In this document: piece by piece, positions 27,101-38,858 of the stretch
Position numbering within the stretch: the first letter of the stretch is position 1
Layout of the letters: every line of letters starts with the position of its first letter
NCBI RefSeq assembly: GCF_006345805.1
Contig: NC_043016.1
Coordinates: forward strand, 22,816,001-22,880,000
Length of the DNA stretch: 64,000 nucleotides
Source: Octopus sinensis
Taxonomy: Eukaryota
Direction of reading: 5' to 3'
The notes under the pieces: generated by a model
Database searches by the model: none
What the model saw: only the letters and a program-made list of their open reading frames with translations
What the model was told of the DNA's origin: nothing
Position numbers and translations under genes: made by a program

Positions 27101-30100
27101 GACAATAATAGGAAGGGATCTGTCAATTATATTGAACCCTGACCTTGACTGTTACTTTACCAACCTCAGACAGATGAAACAAAAGTGAACAAAATAAGAT
27201 TTTAACTATAACAAATACATGTGTTGGTGCCACACAGCAACAAGTCCACACAGTAAAGTGGTTGGCATTAGGAAGGGCATCCAGCTGAAGAAACCATGCC
27301 AAAGCAGATAGAGCTTGGCACAGTCTTTTGGCTTGCATTCTCCTGTCAAACCATTCAGCTTATGCCAAAATGGAAAACAGATGCTAAATGGTGATGGTTG
27401 TTCTGTGGTATCCAACCATTTAACACTATATTCTTCACACAGTGTGCCAACACTGCCAGACATGAAGTTTGCAAGAAGATAAATTTTGATAACAACTGCA
27501 TTAAATGGACACCAGTTGTAAAAGGTACAATATTTTATCAATGCAGAGATGACTGACAAAATTGGATAGTAAAATTTGAACTCAGAATCTAAATAAACAT
27601 AACAATACTGCAAAGCACACAAATTCTATCGCCAACAAATTATTAACAAGCCAATCCTATTCTTTAAACAGTGCTATCAATAAAGGTATGGTGGGAAAAA
27701 AATATGCTCCTGAAATGAGTGAGACTGATAAACACAGAGTGAGTGAGTGTGTGTGTGTGTGCATACATGTACTAATACATGTGTGGATGTATGTACACAT
27801 GTATACATATGTATATACATTGTGTATAAACACACACAAACATTAGTATGTTTGTGTATATGTATAAACACAAAAATCAGTATGTGTGTGGGTATATGCA
27901 TGCATTCATACAAATCCTAATACAAATTCAACTCAATTACTACTTATAAAGATATTCAGATTTCATAATGAAGACCAGAGATTTTTTTTTTCCACCTGCG
28001 AGTGAGTGTCATCTAAATAAGCTTTAAGTTTCCTGTTTCCAAGCAAGCAAAGCTAAGAAAATGACAAAAACGTGGAAGCACAGGTTTATAGCATGAATTC
28101 AAGGATGTTGAAAATTGCCTACAGCCAGCTTAAGTGGGGGGAAATCTGGGTTAGTTAGATAAACATCTTAAAAATTCCCGACCGACCGACTGACTGACAG
28201 AGCACATTTCAGAACAACAAATGGTTCACATCCGTGACGTGGTGATAGTGATGGATGGGAGTGGTAGTTACAGTAGTGTTGGCAGTGGCATAGCATGATA
28301 CGTTATACTAACAGCCACAAGAGTGTGGAATATTTTTTATAGTAGAAATGCTGGCAGTTTTTAAAATGGCTAGTGATTGAAGATCGTTATTTTATATTCA
28401 AGTACGCTTTAGTGATGGTGTTAGAGTAAATTAATACGAACGGCGAGTGGGGAAGAAGAGTTATGAAAACGTTCTAAGCTAAAATACGGTTAGAAATGTA
28501 AGATGGCACCGAGAACTGTCTAAGAGTTACAAACAACAACAACGCTATTGTTTTGCACCCACGTCAGCCCTAAATGAAATGACCTATATATCAGAGATTC
28601 CAGCCACGACCATCCAATCGTTTGGGACAGTTTATCTCCGACTAAATTATGTAATATATCCGTTATATAATGAAAAAATAACGATAGAGCGTGGCTTGAG
28701 AGAGATTTAGCTGCTATTTCTAGCAATGATGATGGTATTTAGGAACGAGACAGGTGTTATATTTCTTTCTACAATACAAGAGTTGCTATACCACCCTGAA
28801 ATTCTGTCGATGTTTAAAAGTGCCATCGCGACTGCCCAAAACCCTATATCATTAGTAATAGTGATATGCTAGGGTAAAGGAAATGAAAATAAGCAATAAG
28901 TGATATCGTGTCACGCGTTACCTTTTCTAATAGAGCTATATTTCGTTTTAACAGTTTTTACGAATATAAACCAAATCTTGTTTTAATGCCTGAGGAAGTA
29001 ATAAATGCCTAGATATTACTTTTAGCTACAATTTTTAAAGGGTTTCTATACAATAAGAGTGGAATACACAAAAAGTGGCTCTTAAAGAGAGTGGAGTGTG
29101 GTTAAATTAATTTTAATAATTTCTATTTGACAGAACAATTCATTGTTTAGTGGCCATGTAATAGTTTCATTGTTTCTTTTAAAAGAGACTAAAGAAGCAA
29201 TGTCTCTGGTGATGTCAATATGGCATTTAGTTTCGTTCCTAATTATTCTTATTTCAAAAACCACTGGAGCCCAGTACACCATGCATTCTACCACTGTTGC
29301 AGTACCAGTAATATACTGAGATAGCTAAGTACTAATCGTACACGGAAATCTATTCAATTGTTATACCAGTAATATATTGTAATATCTAAGTACCAGGAAT
29401 ATACGAGTATTCAACTGACATCACACTATTGCTGTTATATAACAGTAGCCAAATACCAATATACGGAAGTCTATCCAATAGAATGATTTCACCATTGTTA
29501 TACCTGTCATATACTGCAGTAGCTAAATAGCAGTAATACACGGAAATCTATTCAATTGACCGCAGTATCCTCACCTTCAAAATGTTGACTATCATAAATA
29601 AAAAAAAATAATTAAAAAATCAATAAAGATTTCTAACTTAGAGACAAGAGTAAATTGCTGCAAGAAAAGATGACTAGAATGAACCTCGGCGTTTTACTGG
29701 TACTCGAGGAAAGGTTGGCAGTAATAGTGATGTACTTAGATGACTTGTTCTACTAGTTTCTTTGAGTTCTAATTCTGATAGAATTAATTTTATATTTCAT
29801 TTACTGTCAATAAAAATATGTATCAGCAATACTATGCTTGTTAACTGAGGCGATTTACTCCTCTCACAGTTATATTAACATTCTGACCGGGAAGGAGTAG
29901 AGGTTATTTTTGCATCGTACGAGCTTCCTTCCAGCTATACGCATCATTTTACATTAGTTCGTTGTCCAGAATGCAGCACAAGCAAGCGAACTTAAAGACA
30001 CCGTCTTCGGTGGGGCGACAGTGCTTCTAAAAGAAAAATGTTGAGATTTGATTCAATCAGCCATACGCCCTTTCCAACAAAAAGAAAAAGATAAGAAAAT

Positions 30101-30609
30101 TGGCCTTTTGCTTAGTCGAAAGGAATCGATATTTTTTAGTCACGAAACTACAGATTAAAGGAAACTGCTTTGACAAAGAACTGAGTCCGAGTTGACTGAA
30201 AATTAAATATAGTTTCCTGTTGACTGTTTTATACGTCGAATTACGGCCGAGGTTTTCCTCTGCTCCTTCACACGTGAGCGTGCTCGCGAGTATGTTTGAC
30301 GGATTTAATAAGTTAAACACACCAGCATAGAAACTATTCACGTAGTTACAGCTTAATTTTTATTAAATATGTAGTACACTTTTTTTTTTTATTACGAGGC
30401 AGATGGACAGATGTCAGTCTAGTCTTTCAGCTAAAGCTGTCGTAAAAATATTTAAGAGTCATCTTTCGACTAAAACGAAAGACAGAACACTCAAGCTTAA
30501 GAAAAAGAAAAATTCGACCCAACCAAACCACGACATACGTGTCAAAATGCTCAAGATTTCATTACTATAACCTTTACATTATTACCCTTAGGTGGGGAGT
30601 ATGTGTGTG

Positions 30610-30661
<52 letters not shown>

Positions 30662-31969
30662 CTGACACAGAAATTTAATCCCTTATTTCCAAAATATTTG
30701 TTCAAACAAATAAGTGGAGGGCACGACAAATACAATAAATTGTCCTGTTGACACAGACCTTAAACATGTATGTTGTAGATGACAAAATTAAATTAAAACA
30801 ATTTAATATTCACATCTTATTCGAGACAAATTCACAAGGCCTTAACTGAGGTTGTTTAATTTTTTAAACAAATTGTATTAGACATGGCTTTTGTTAGTGG
30901 CAACTATACAAATTATCAGTGTCATTAGGCAGCTAGCTTTGACATGGTCGTAAAGAATAGATGATGTTCAGCAGCAGGGGTGTCTAAAATTCGTAATTAA
31001 ATATAAGTGTGTGTGTTTTCTGGTTATTTAAGTATGTGTGCATACGTATTTTGGTGTAAAAATGTATGAAAATGTGCAAAGAAGGTCCGCAGTTAACTAT
31101 GCATTGATTACAAGTGCCACCGCGGGAGGTTTTAAGTAGGAATAAATTATATCAAACAGAAAAACAATAACGCATATGACATTTATTTTCTCTCTCATCA
31201 ATAAAAAAAATACATTTATGCAAAACATACAATACATATATTTATACCCTATATATTACATATGTATTTGTGTTTGTTTATGTTTATATATATATATATA
31301 TATATGGGAAGGTACGGTCGGCTGAATTGGCATGAATATATTACTGGTAGTTTATCAATCCAGGAAGGATGAACTGATGTAAGTCGACAAAATATAAAAA
31401 AACATCCAATACGGATTATATATTTCTCTCGGCCACTTGGTATTTAGAGAATTGCAAACGAGGTGTTATGTGTTTTCCAAGGGGATATTAATTTGAAGTG
31501 ATTACAGCAAGGAAGAATAGAATATGCGTTCTGTTAACCGATTCACCAAAGACACGACATTAGCAACGAATGCAAGCACCTGACACATCAATAATTTCTT
31601 AGAGGCACAACGACAGATTTGGCAGGCGTAGTGGTGGGGAGTACGGAGTCGATTATCTCGACCTCAGTACAAGATTGGTATTTTTTTATAGACCCTTGGA
31701 AGGCAAAACTAACCTCACAGGGATCTGAACTCGGAGAAAAATAAATAAATACTGCAAGACATTTTACTCGGCGCACAAAGGAATAGGCAAAAAGCTACAC
31801 ATTTAAAGAGGAAAAGACCCAAGTGGAATTCGAACTCAGAACGTAAAGGGCCGTAACTAAATGCCTCGAGGCATATAGTCCGGCACTCTAACGATTCTGC
31901 CAGTTATAATATAATAATAATTTCTGACACTGACATAATCATAATAATTACAACACTGAAGATACGTAC

Positions 31970-32269
31970 CTGTTCTGCAGCCTTGCGTAGCTGTTTTTCC
32001 CTTTCGTATTGTGTTAAAAGCTGTTCATTATCATCTCGCAACAGTTCTAACTCGACCTCTATTTGTTGCTTGTCTGAGAATGCATTATCTAAACTCTCCA
32101 GAATGCCAACCACCAACGGCATCAGTTCTTTGACAACGTCCTCGTCATATTTTTTGATCATCCGTTCGAACTCCTTGTAGACGCTAGCTGCCAGTGTCTG
32201 CACCTTCTCCGACATAACGTGTCCTTCCTCTTGGGTTCCATACACAGTCTCCCCCATATCTGGATCCAT
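31970..32269 (-). CDS. MAPK8IP3: First coding exon (100 codons) of JNK-interacting protein 3/4 (Sunday driver/UNC-16 family), RH1 domain
   Basis: Translation [61 protein letters not shown]...[30 protein letters not shown] closely follows the JIP3/JIP4 N-terminus (human [37 protein letters not shown]...[30 protein letters not shown]). Ends at a phase-0 donor CAG|GTACGT (intron starts 31969), the same place I recall human exon 1 ending. JIP3 versus JIP4 cannot be separated for an invertebrate gene. Confidence 0.95.
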
Positions 32270-32874
32270 AGTTGTTTTCTTATGTTATATTTTATCTCTT
32301 CTTGGTATTTTTGTTGGTTCGTTTGTATTTTTTAAAAAAATTGCTTTTCCACTCCACTATTCCTCGCTTCTTTGGTTTAAAATATGTTCTGTGTTTTTTA
32401 AAAAGTCTTGATTAATTAAATATATTTATCACCTTTAATTTTTATTCTCTTAATGGGTTTGAATAAGAGATAGTCTTTAGATTTCCCTCTTTTTTTCTGT
32501 CCCTTGGTCATGAGGGTTTTTTTTTTTTATTTTCTTTTTAAGAAGTAAAAAAAAAAAAGCTCGCCAAAAAATTAAACTATACGTAGAGAGAAATTAATAT
32601 GTATGTATGTTACAATTACAAATAATAATAATTTAGCTACCCACCCATAGAAAGTAACCAGCAAGTGTTGCTGGCAAAGCGAGACTACTGTACTTTCTCG
32701 TCAGTTCAGCTTGTCACTGAGAGAGAACCACTTAACGGTATATACGTAACACACACACATATTTATATCCTTCCATGTGTGTGTGTTTGTGTGTGTATAT
32801 ATAAATATAGATAGATATAGATATTATATATGTGTGTGTTCAGGTATTATGTCTTTCCTTAAACCTATGCACAT

Positions 32875-32911
<37 letters not shown>

Positions 32912-34084
32912 CTATATATATATATATATATATATACACGTGTGTGGGTGCGTGTAAATACGAAAGTCACAGCCTAAAATTGAGAATGTAAATTAAAAGG
33001 ATACTGGAATACGGTTAATTGCAACATCAATTTATGTTATCTCCTCTTTCTATTTTATTTTATAACTATTTTCCCCCTTCCGTTCAGAAAGAAAAAACAT
33101 AAACGAAGAAAGCGATAGTTTAGAATACAATATAGTTGAACAATATTTGCAAGAATTTACTAATGTAAAGTTAGTGCGTAGGATAATTTATCGTAAACTA
33201 TAGAAAATAGTTTGATAAATTATAAGATAATTTTAATTCTATGTAGATAATATCAAACTGTTGATATTACAAAACAATAAGAAACAAGTGCTCTTTCTTT
33301 AATTTTGCCTCGCTATTCTGCAATTGCTCGCGTACGGCTTACATATGTCTAATTAATAAGGTAAATAGCATATTATATATGTAACTTTTTACTCGTTATA
33401 TTCTGAGCTTTAGCTCCTAAATATATTATTGAAGACTGCAAATAATTTTTTTCTCTTCTTAATGGTGTTTATATGACTACTTTCATCGAGTATATTATTA
33501 TTATATATAGCTTACAATGCTGAAGTTAGTAGTAAGAATAATATTAAGTATTAAACAAAACTATATATTGTCATAAAGCAAGTATAGTGTCATGTTGTAC
33601 TTATAATATTAACAAAGCGAATAACAAACATAAAAAAACATTTAGTTTCGCCAAGGAGTAAAAGAGGTGCCAAATAAGAATCGGTGGAAGCAAATAATTA
33701 GAAATGACAAAACATGAAGTTAACGAGGGGGAAAAGGATTAGATTAAGTGCAGAAAAGATATCAATGAGAAATTGGTAGGCGAAAACTGCTAAACAGCAA
33801 ATGGGAAGAATATAGAGGCAGCAATCTGTTGGTGTAGTTGATACGGTTGTTGTTGTTTGAAGTAGAAGTGAGGTATCAATATTTTGGACAGTGGAAATAG
33901 CTGCTGTTGCTTCTTTTTCTGCGTCAATGTTGTCGGCAATAGCAATACTACTAGGAGAACGAGGACGAAGACCAGGATAGCCGGGAGCAGAAATGCGGAG
34001 GACATCTCCATTCTTTTCTTATACCCAGCCAACCAGCCATGGCATATTGATCTCCATCAAAGTCGCTTCATCATTCAAGTGGAG

Positions 34085-34094
34085 GCGCATGCGC
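34085..34094. promoter_or_regulatory. NRF1/Ewg-type palindromic site GCGCATGCGC in a CpG-retaining region upstream of JIP3
   Basis: Perfect core palindrome about 1.8 kb upstream of the JIP3 ATG in locally GC/CpG-rich sequence; function is inferred. Confidence 0.4.
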
Positions 34095-34219
34095 GAGATC
34101 TATAGAGAAGCCTCAGTGACATTTGTCTACTGCTACTCAATTACATAGACACACACATATATATATACAGTATAGCGCTCTCTCCCTCTCGCTATATCTA
34201 TCTATAATATATATATATA

Positions 34220-34265
<46 letters not shown>

Positions 34266-35460
34266 TACACTCACACACACTGTTGACAAATTCAAACGTA
34301 ACTTAAGCTCCCAGTGAAGTGTCTCACTAAAAGTGGCCTTTACGTTTACCTGAAGACCACTCCCAATGAGAAATATGGAATAGTAAGTTACGTTTGAATT
34401 TATAAAATGTGTGTTATGCATGTGTGTGGGGCAAGAGAAAGGAGGAGCATCGACTTGAAGCCCTGTAATACATGCATATATAAACCCGTGTCGTGCACTT
34501 GTTCTTCATTTCCCCCTCGTCTTAAAAATTACTGCTACCAACTTGTATATAAAGTAGGGTTACGGTTAAGCTAAATGAAACATTTTAATATTTCAAATGA
34601 AATATTTTCGTTTTGACAGCTCTTTATAAACAGCTTAATTGCTCGTAGAAATACAGATTTGCTCATAAATTGTAAACATTTTCATATTACATTTATATAA
34701 TTTAAGCAGATCTTCAGTTTTATCGGGAAAACTTTAAAATAGACAGTTTTTACTGACCAGTTTGTTTTTAAAATAAAAATTTTAATATTTCTCACAAACA
34801 AATTTTTTCCCCTTCAACGAGTGTTAATTTCGTTACGAAAAATAAAACGGACATATTTTATTAATTTGCGTGCGTAAAAAGCTTCTTTTTTTCCATTTAT
34901 CTTTATGATCTAAACGGGCAAAGAGACATCTGTCAATAAGGGGCACCTCACTACGTTGACTGTCGTCTTCACCACTCCTTTTATCTCAATTTGATTGCGT
35001 TGTAATTATCGTCTGTTGAACTCTAATGGACACCAGTATGAATTTTAGCTAAGTGGGTGTCAGCATATTTAATGCATGTATCATTAAAAAAAAAGCTGAA
35101 GTAGAATTAAAATATACTGTTAGAAAAAATAAATAAATTTCTCGATGACTAATATTTTATATAAATATCCCAGCAAGTACGGGAGACAACTCTGAGCATG
35201 TTTTCGCTTTATTAAATATCATAAGCGAAACAAACGAATGACTATCTAAACGTGTATAACTGTTGGCTTACATGATTAGAAACTAAACAACAGTCAAACT
35301 ATTACAAAGAATTCATCTATGATGAATTCTAGTTTGACAATGAATTCGTGAATGTGTGAGAGAGTTATTTTATATGTTCTTTTTAATGCAGGTTAAGTGT
35401 CAAGAGTTCGATTTTATTTACTTAATGTTTATACATACATGTAGCCATCGGTGTGTTATA

Positions 35461-35493
<33 letters not shown>

Positions 35494-35495
35494 CG

Positions 35496-35685
35496 TGGCA
35501 CGTAAAAAGCACCCACTACACTCATGGAGTGGTTGGCGTTAGAAAGGGCATCAAGCTGTAGAAACATTGCCAGATCAGACTGGGCCTGGTGCAGCCTTCT
35601 GGCTTCCCAGACCCCAGTTGAACCGTCCAACTCATGCCAGCATGAAAAGCGGACGCTAAACGATGATGATGATGATGATGATGAT
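35496..35685 (+). mobile_element. Short retroposed copy of the RTE 3' end (family C) with (GAT)n tail
   Basis: ggcacgtaaaaagcacccactacactc...ttggcgttagaaagggcatc...ggacgctaaacgatgatgat; same as the 3' end of the 36746-38654 LINE. Other copies at about 6920-7270, 19260-19440, 27230-27395 and 41620-41795. Confidence 0.85.
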
Positions 35686-35744
35686 AATATATATATATAT
35701 ATATATATATGTTAATAAAATAGAACATATGCATATATATAAAC

Positions 35745-36450
35745 ATATATGTACGTACCTACCTCTACATGTACATATACACGCATATATGTGTACAGGA
35801 CACCAAAAAGACGTCGAACACATAGAGAGACGAAAAACATAGACACAAACCAAGGAACAGGACAAGCAAAAAAGAAAAAAAGAGATACAGGACAATAAGC
35901 ACAACGAAAAATCCCCTTCTTCAGTCGCTAAGGTTTCATCTACTCTACGTTTCAAAGGATAAAAGCGAGACGTATACTTCGAAGAAACTTCCTTCCTGCG
36001 AAAAGCAAATCAATTAAAATTCTGAGATCTTTTCGCAGAGGGGTAAAAAATGGTAAAAAAAGCAAGACGGTAACGACAGTACAAACATATAAACAGTAAA
36101 AAAAAAATTATATATAAACAGTTGAAAAATAAATATATAACAGTGAGAGACAGGACAAGGAGATACATACATATATGTACATACCTACATCTATATGTAA
36201 ATATACTTGCATATATGGGTACAGGACATCAAAACAACATTGAACACAATGAGAAACGAAAACATAAAAACAAAAACATGGAAACGAACTTTTTTTCAAA
36301 CAACGAAAAATCAGAGTACAAGACATAAAACACAAGGAATATTCCCCTTCTTCAGTTGTCCCTGTTTCATCTTCTCAGCATTTCAAAGGTAAGGACAAGA
36401 CGCGACTTCATTGAAACAGTCCTTTCCGCAAAGCAAATTAAATAAAATTC
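35745..36450. repeat. Two diverged tandem units (period about 426 bp) of an unclassified repeat
   Basis: Units start atatatgtac(g/a)tacctac at 35745 and 36171 and share gtacaggaca, aacgaaaaatc, ccccttcttcagt, gtttcatct, tttcaaagg and aagcaaat...aaaattc. Confidence 0.8.
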
Positions 36451-36745
36451 AGGAATATATATATAGTAGAATTAGACAATTCAATTCAGAGGATGACTTA
36501 TTGCAGCATCTAATCTTATAACTCCCATTTTGTAGATTCCAACATCTTATGATTTGATCATATCCCCACATTTTTGTTTTTTTCCAGTGGTCTTCTCCTG
36601 TCATAAATACTTTCAATGTCAGCAAAAGCACTTTTTCACTGAGTAGGTGTGATTAATATATATGTTCGTGTGATTGAGTATATGTATATATTATTGGTAG
36701 AACATAAATCCAATAAAGAAATACATTCTAAGTTATAGAGCAGTC

Positions 36746-38654
36746 ATCATCATCATCATTTAGCGTCCGTTTTCCATGCTAGCATGAGTTGGACGGTTCA
36801 ACTGGGGTCTGTGAAGCCAGAAGGCTGCATCAGGCCCAGTCTGATCTGGCAGTGTTTCTACAGCTGGATGCCCTTCCTAACGCCAACCACTCCGCGAGTG
36901 TAGTGGGTGCTTTTTACGTGCCACCTGCACAGGTGCCAGGCAGTGCTGGCAAACGGCCACGAACTGATGGTGCTTTTACGTGCCACCGGCACGGGGGCCA
37001 GACGGGGCTGGCAACGGACACGAACGGATAGTGCTTTTATGTGCCACCGGCACGGGGGCCAGGCTGGCAACGGCCACGAACGGATGGTGCTTTTATGTGC
37101 CACCGGCACGGAGGCCAGGCGAGGCTGGCAACGGACACGAACGGATGGTGCTTTTATGTGCCACCGGCACGGGGGCCAGGCGAGGCTGGCAACGGACACG
37201 AACGGATGGTGCTTTTACGTGCCACCGGCACGGGGGCCAGACGGGGCTGGCAACGGACACGAACGGATGGTGCTTTTATGTGCCACCGGCACGGGGGCCA
37301 GGCTGGCAACGGCCACGAATGGATGGTGCTTTTATGTGCCACCGGCACGGGGGCCAGGCGAGGCTGGCAACGGACACGAACGGATGGTGCTTTTACGTGC
37401 CACCGGCACGGAGGCCAGTCGGGGTGGCACTGGCAACGGCCACAATCGGATGGTTCGCTGCAATTTCCATTGATGTTGATCGACTTTGATTTTGGTTCTG
37501 CTTTATGATATCTGATTTGATTTTGATTTTTTGATTTTTTGATTTTCACTTGCCTCAACGGGTCTTCACAAGTGGAGTTTTGTGTCCCAAGAAGGAAAGG
37601 TATGTATAAGTCGACTGGCTACATACCAGGTAGAGGCCACGGGTTATGGCCTCACTAGTCTTGCCGGGTCTTCTCACGCACAGCATACTTCCATAAGTCT
37701 CGGTCTCTAGTCATTTCCTTGATGAGACCTAAAGTTCGAAGGTCATGCTTCACCACCTCATCCCAGGTTTTCCTGGGTCTACCTCTTCCACAGGTTCCCT
37801 CAACTGCTAGGGTGTAGCACTTTTGCACACAACTATCTTCAGCCATTCTCGTCACATGACCATACCAGTGCAGACGTCTCTCTTGCACACCACAACTGAT
37901 GCTTCTTAGGTTCAACTTTTCTCTCAAGGTACTTACACTCTGTCGATTATGAACACTGACATTACACATCCATTGGAGCATACTGGCTTCATTTCTTGCG
38001 AGCTTACGCATATCCTCAGCAGTCACGGCCCATGTTTCACTACCATGTAGCATGGCTGTACGTACACATGCATCGTACAGTCTGCCTTTAACTCTGAGCG
38101 AGAGGCCTTTTGTCACCAGCAGGGGTAAGAGCTCTCTAAACTTTGCCCAGGCTATTCTTACTCTAGCAGTTACACTTTCAGCACACCCACCCCCGCTACT
38201 GACTTGGTCACCTAGGTAGTGGAAGCTATCAACTACTTCTAGTTTGTCTCCCTGGAACGTGGTAGAAGTTGGTCTCTGCACATTTCCAGTGTTTATTGCT
38301 CCTGAGCATCTGCCACAGACAAAAACTATTTTCCTAGTTAGCCTTCCTTTGACATTGCTGCACCTCTTATGTGTCCATAGCTTACACTTGGTGCACCTTA
38401 TAGAGTTTCTACCTACACCTTTTTTACAGATCGAGCAGGGCCATCTACCTGAAACCGTTTGTGATTGGTCCACCTTCCTACTTATTAGGACTTTGGTTTT
38501 GGCTAGGTTGATTCTAAGGCCCTTCGATTCTAATCCTTGTTTCCACACCTGAAACTTCTCCTCCAGTTCTGATAGTGACTCAGCAATTAGAGCAAGGTCA
38601 TCAGCATAGAGGAGCTCCCAGGGGCATCCTGTCTTGAATTCCTCCGTTATTGCC
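36746..38654 (-). mobile_element. 5'-truncated, relatively young RTE-clade LINE (RT C-terminal half, 3'UTR, (TGA)n tail)
   Basis: Open frame 38653->37655 (332 codons): ITEEFKTGCPWELLYADDLALIAES (YADD at 38597-38608), GLRINLAKTKV, VVDSFHYLGD, RLHWYGHVTRM, GRGRPRKTWDEVV. Followed by a 3'UTR and a tgatgatgatga tail near 36746-36760. CpGs are largely intact. Confidence 0.93.
36920..37455. repeat. GC-rich minisatellite of about 9 units (56 or 61 bp) inside the RTE 3'UTR
   Basis: Unit ccaccggcacgggggccag(acgggg/gcgagg/g)ctggcaacgg(a/c)cacgaacggatggtgctttta(c/t)gtg, starting at about 36920, 36983, 37044, 37100, 37161, 37222, 37283, 37339 and 37400. Confidence 0.95.
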
Positions 38655-38675
38655 TATATAAATAAATATATATGT

Positions 38676-38850
38676 AGGGCCTCTCGCTCAGAGTAAAAGA
38701 TAGACTGTATGATGCGTGTATATGAACAGCCATACTACATGGCAGTGAAACATGGGCTGTAACTGCTGAGGACATGCGTAAGCTCGCAAGGAATGAAGCA
38801 GTATGATCCGATGGATGTGTAATGTCAGTGTGCATACTCGACAGAGTGTA
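38676..38850 (+). mobile_element. Short diverged RTE fragment, inverted relative to the adjacent copy
   Basis: agggcctctcgctcagagtaaaagatagactgtatgatgcg...cgacagagtgta is a diverged reverse complement of about 37945-38108 (GLSLRVKGRLYDACVRTAMLHGSETWAVTAEDMRKLARNEA). Confidence 0.85.
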
Positions 38851-38858
38851 TATATATA

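Larger units (their letters stand above)
1..31969 (-). other. Intron 1 of the JIP3/4 gene (at least 32 kb, continues past the window edge)
   Basis: GT donor at 31969. No segment encoding the expected next coiled-coil exon (..ELK.KN..) was found by eye on the minus strand. Long poly-A runs on the plus strand (e.g. 4886-4909, 9235-9256) fit a T-rich sense intron. Confidence 0.7.

Noticed and set aside
30190-30235. TATAAAA plus TCAGT initiator on the minus strand as an internal promoter
   Set aside because: Spacing of about 36 nt is too long for a canonical TATA-Inr pair and such words are common in AT-rich DNA; kept only as part of the CpG-domain finding.
35925-36400. GAAAC..CTGAAGA motifs in the 426-bp tandem units as hammerhead ribozymes
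   Set aside because: Core-like words are present on the minus strand, but I could not draw stem I or a convincing stem III.
36920-37455. Possible CRISPR-like array
   Set aside because: Units are contiguous near-identical tandem repeats with no unique spacers, in a eukaryotic LINE UTR.
36858-37558. Overlapping 113-188 aa ORFs with repeated CHRHGGQ/ATGTGAR motifs
   Set aside because: Products of the GC-rich minisatellite in the LINE 3'UTR, open in several frames on both strands.
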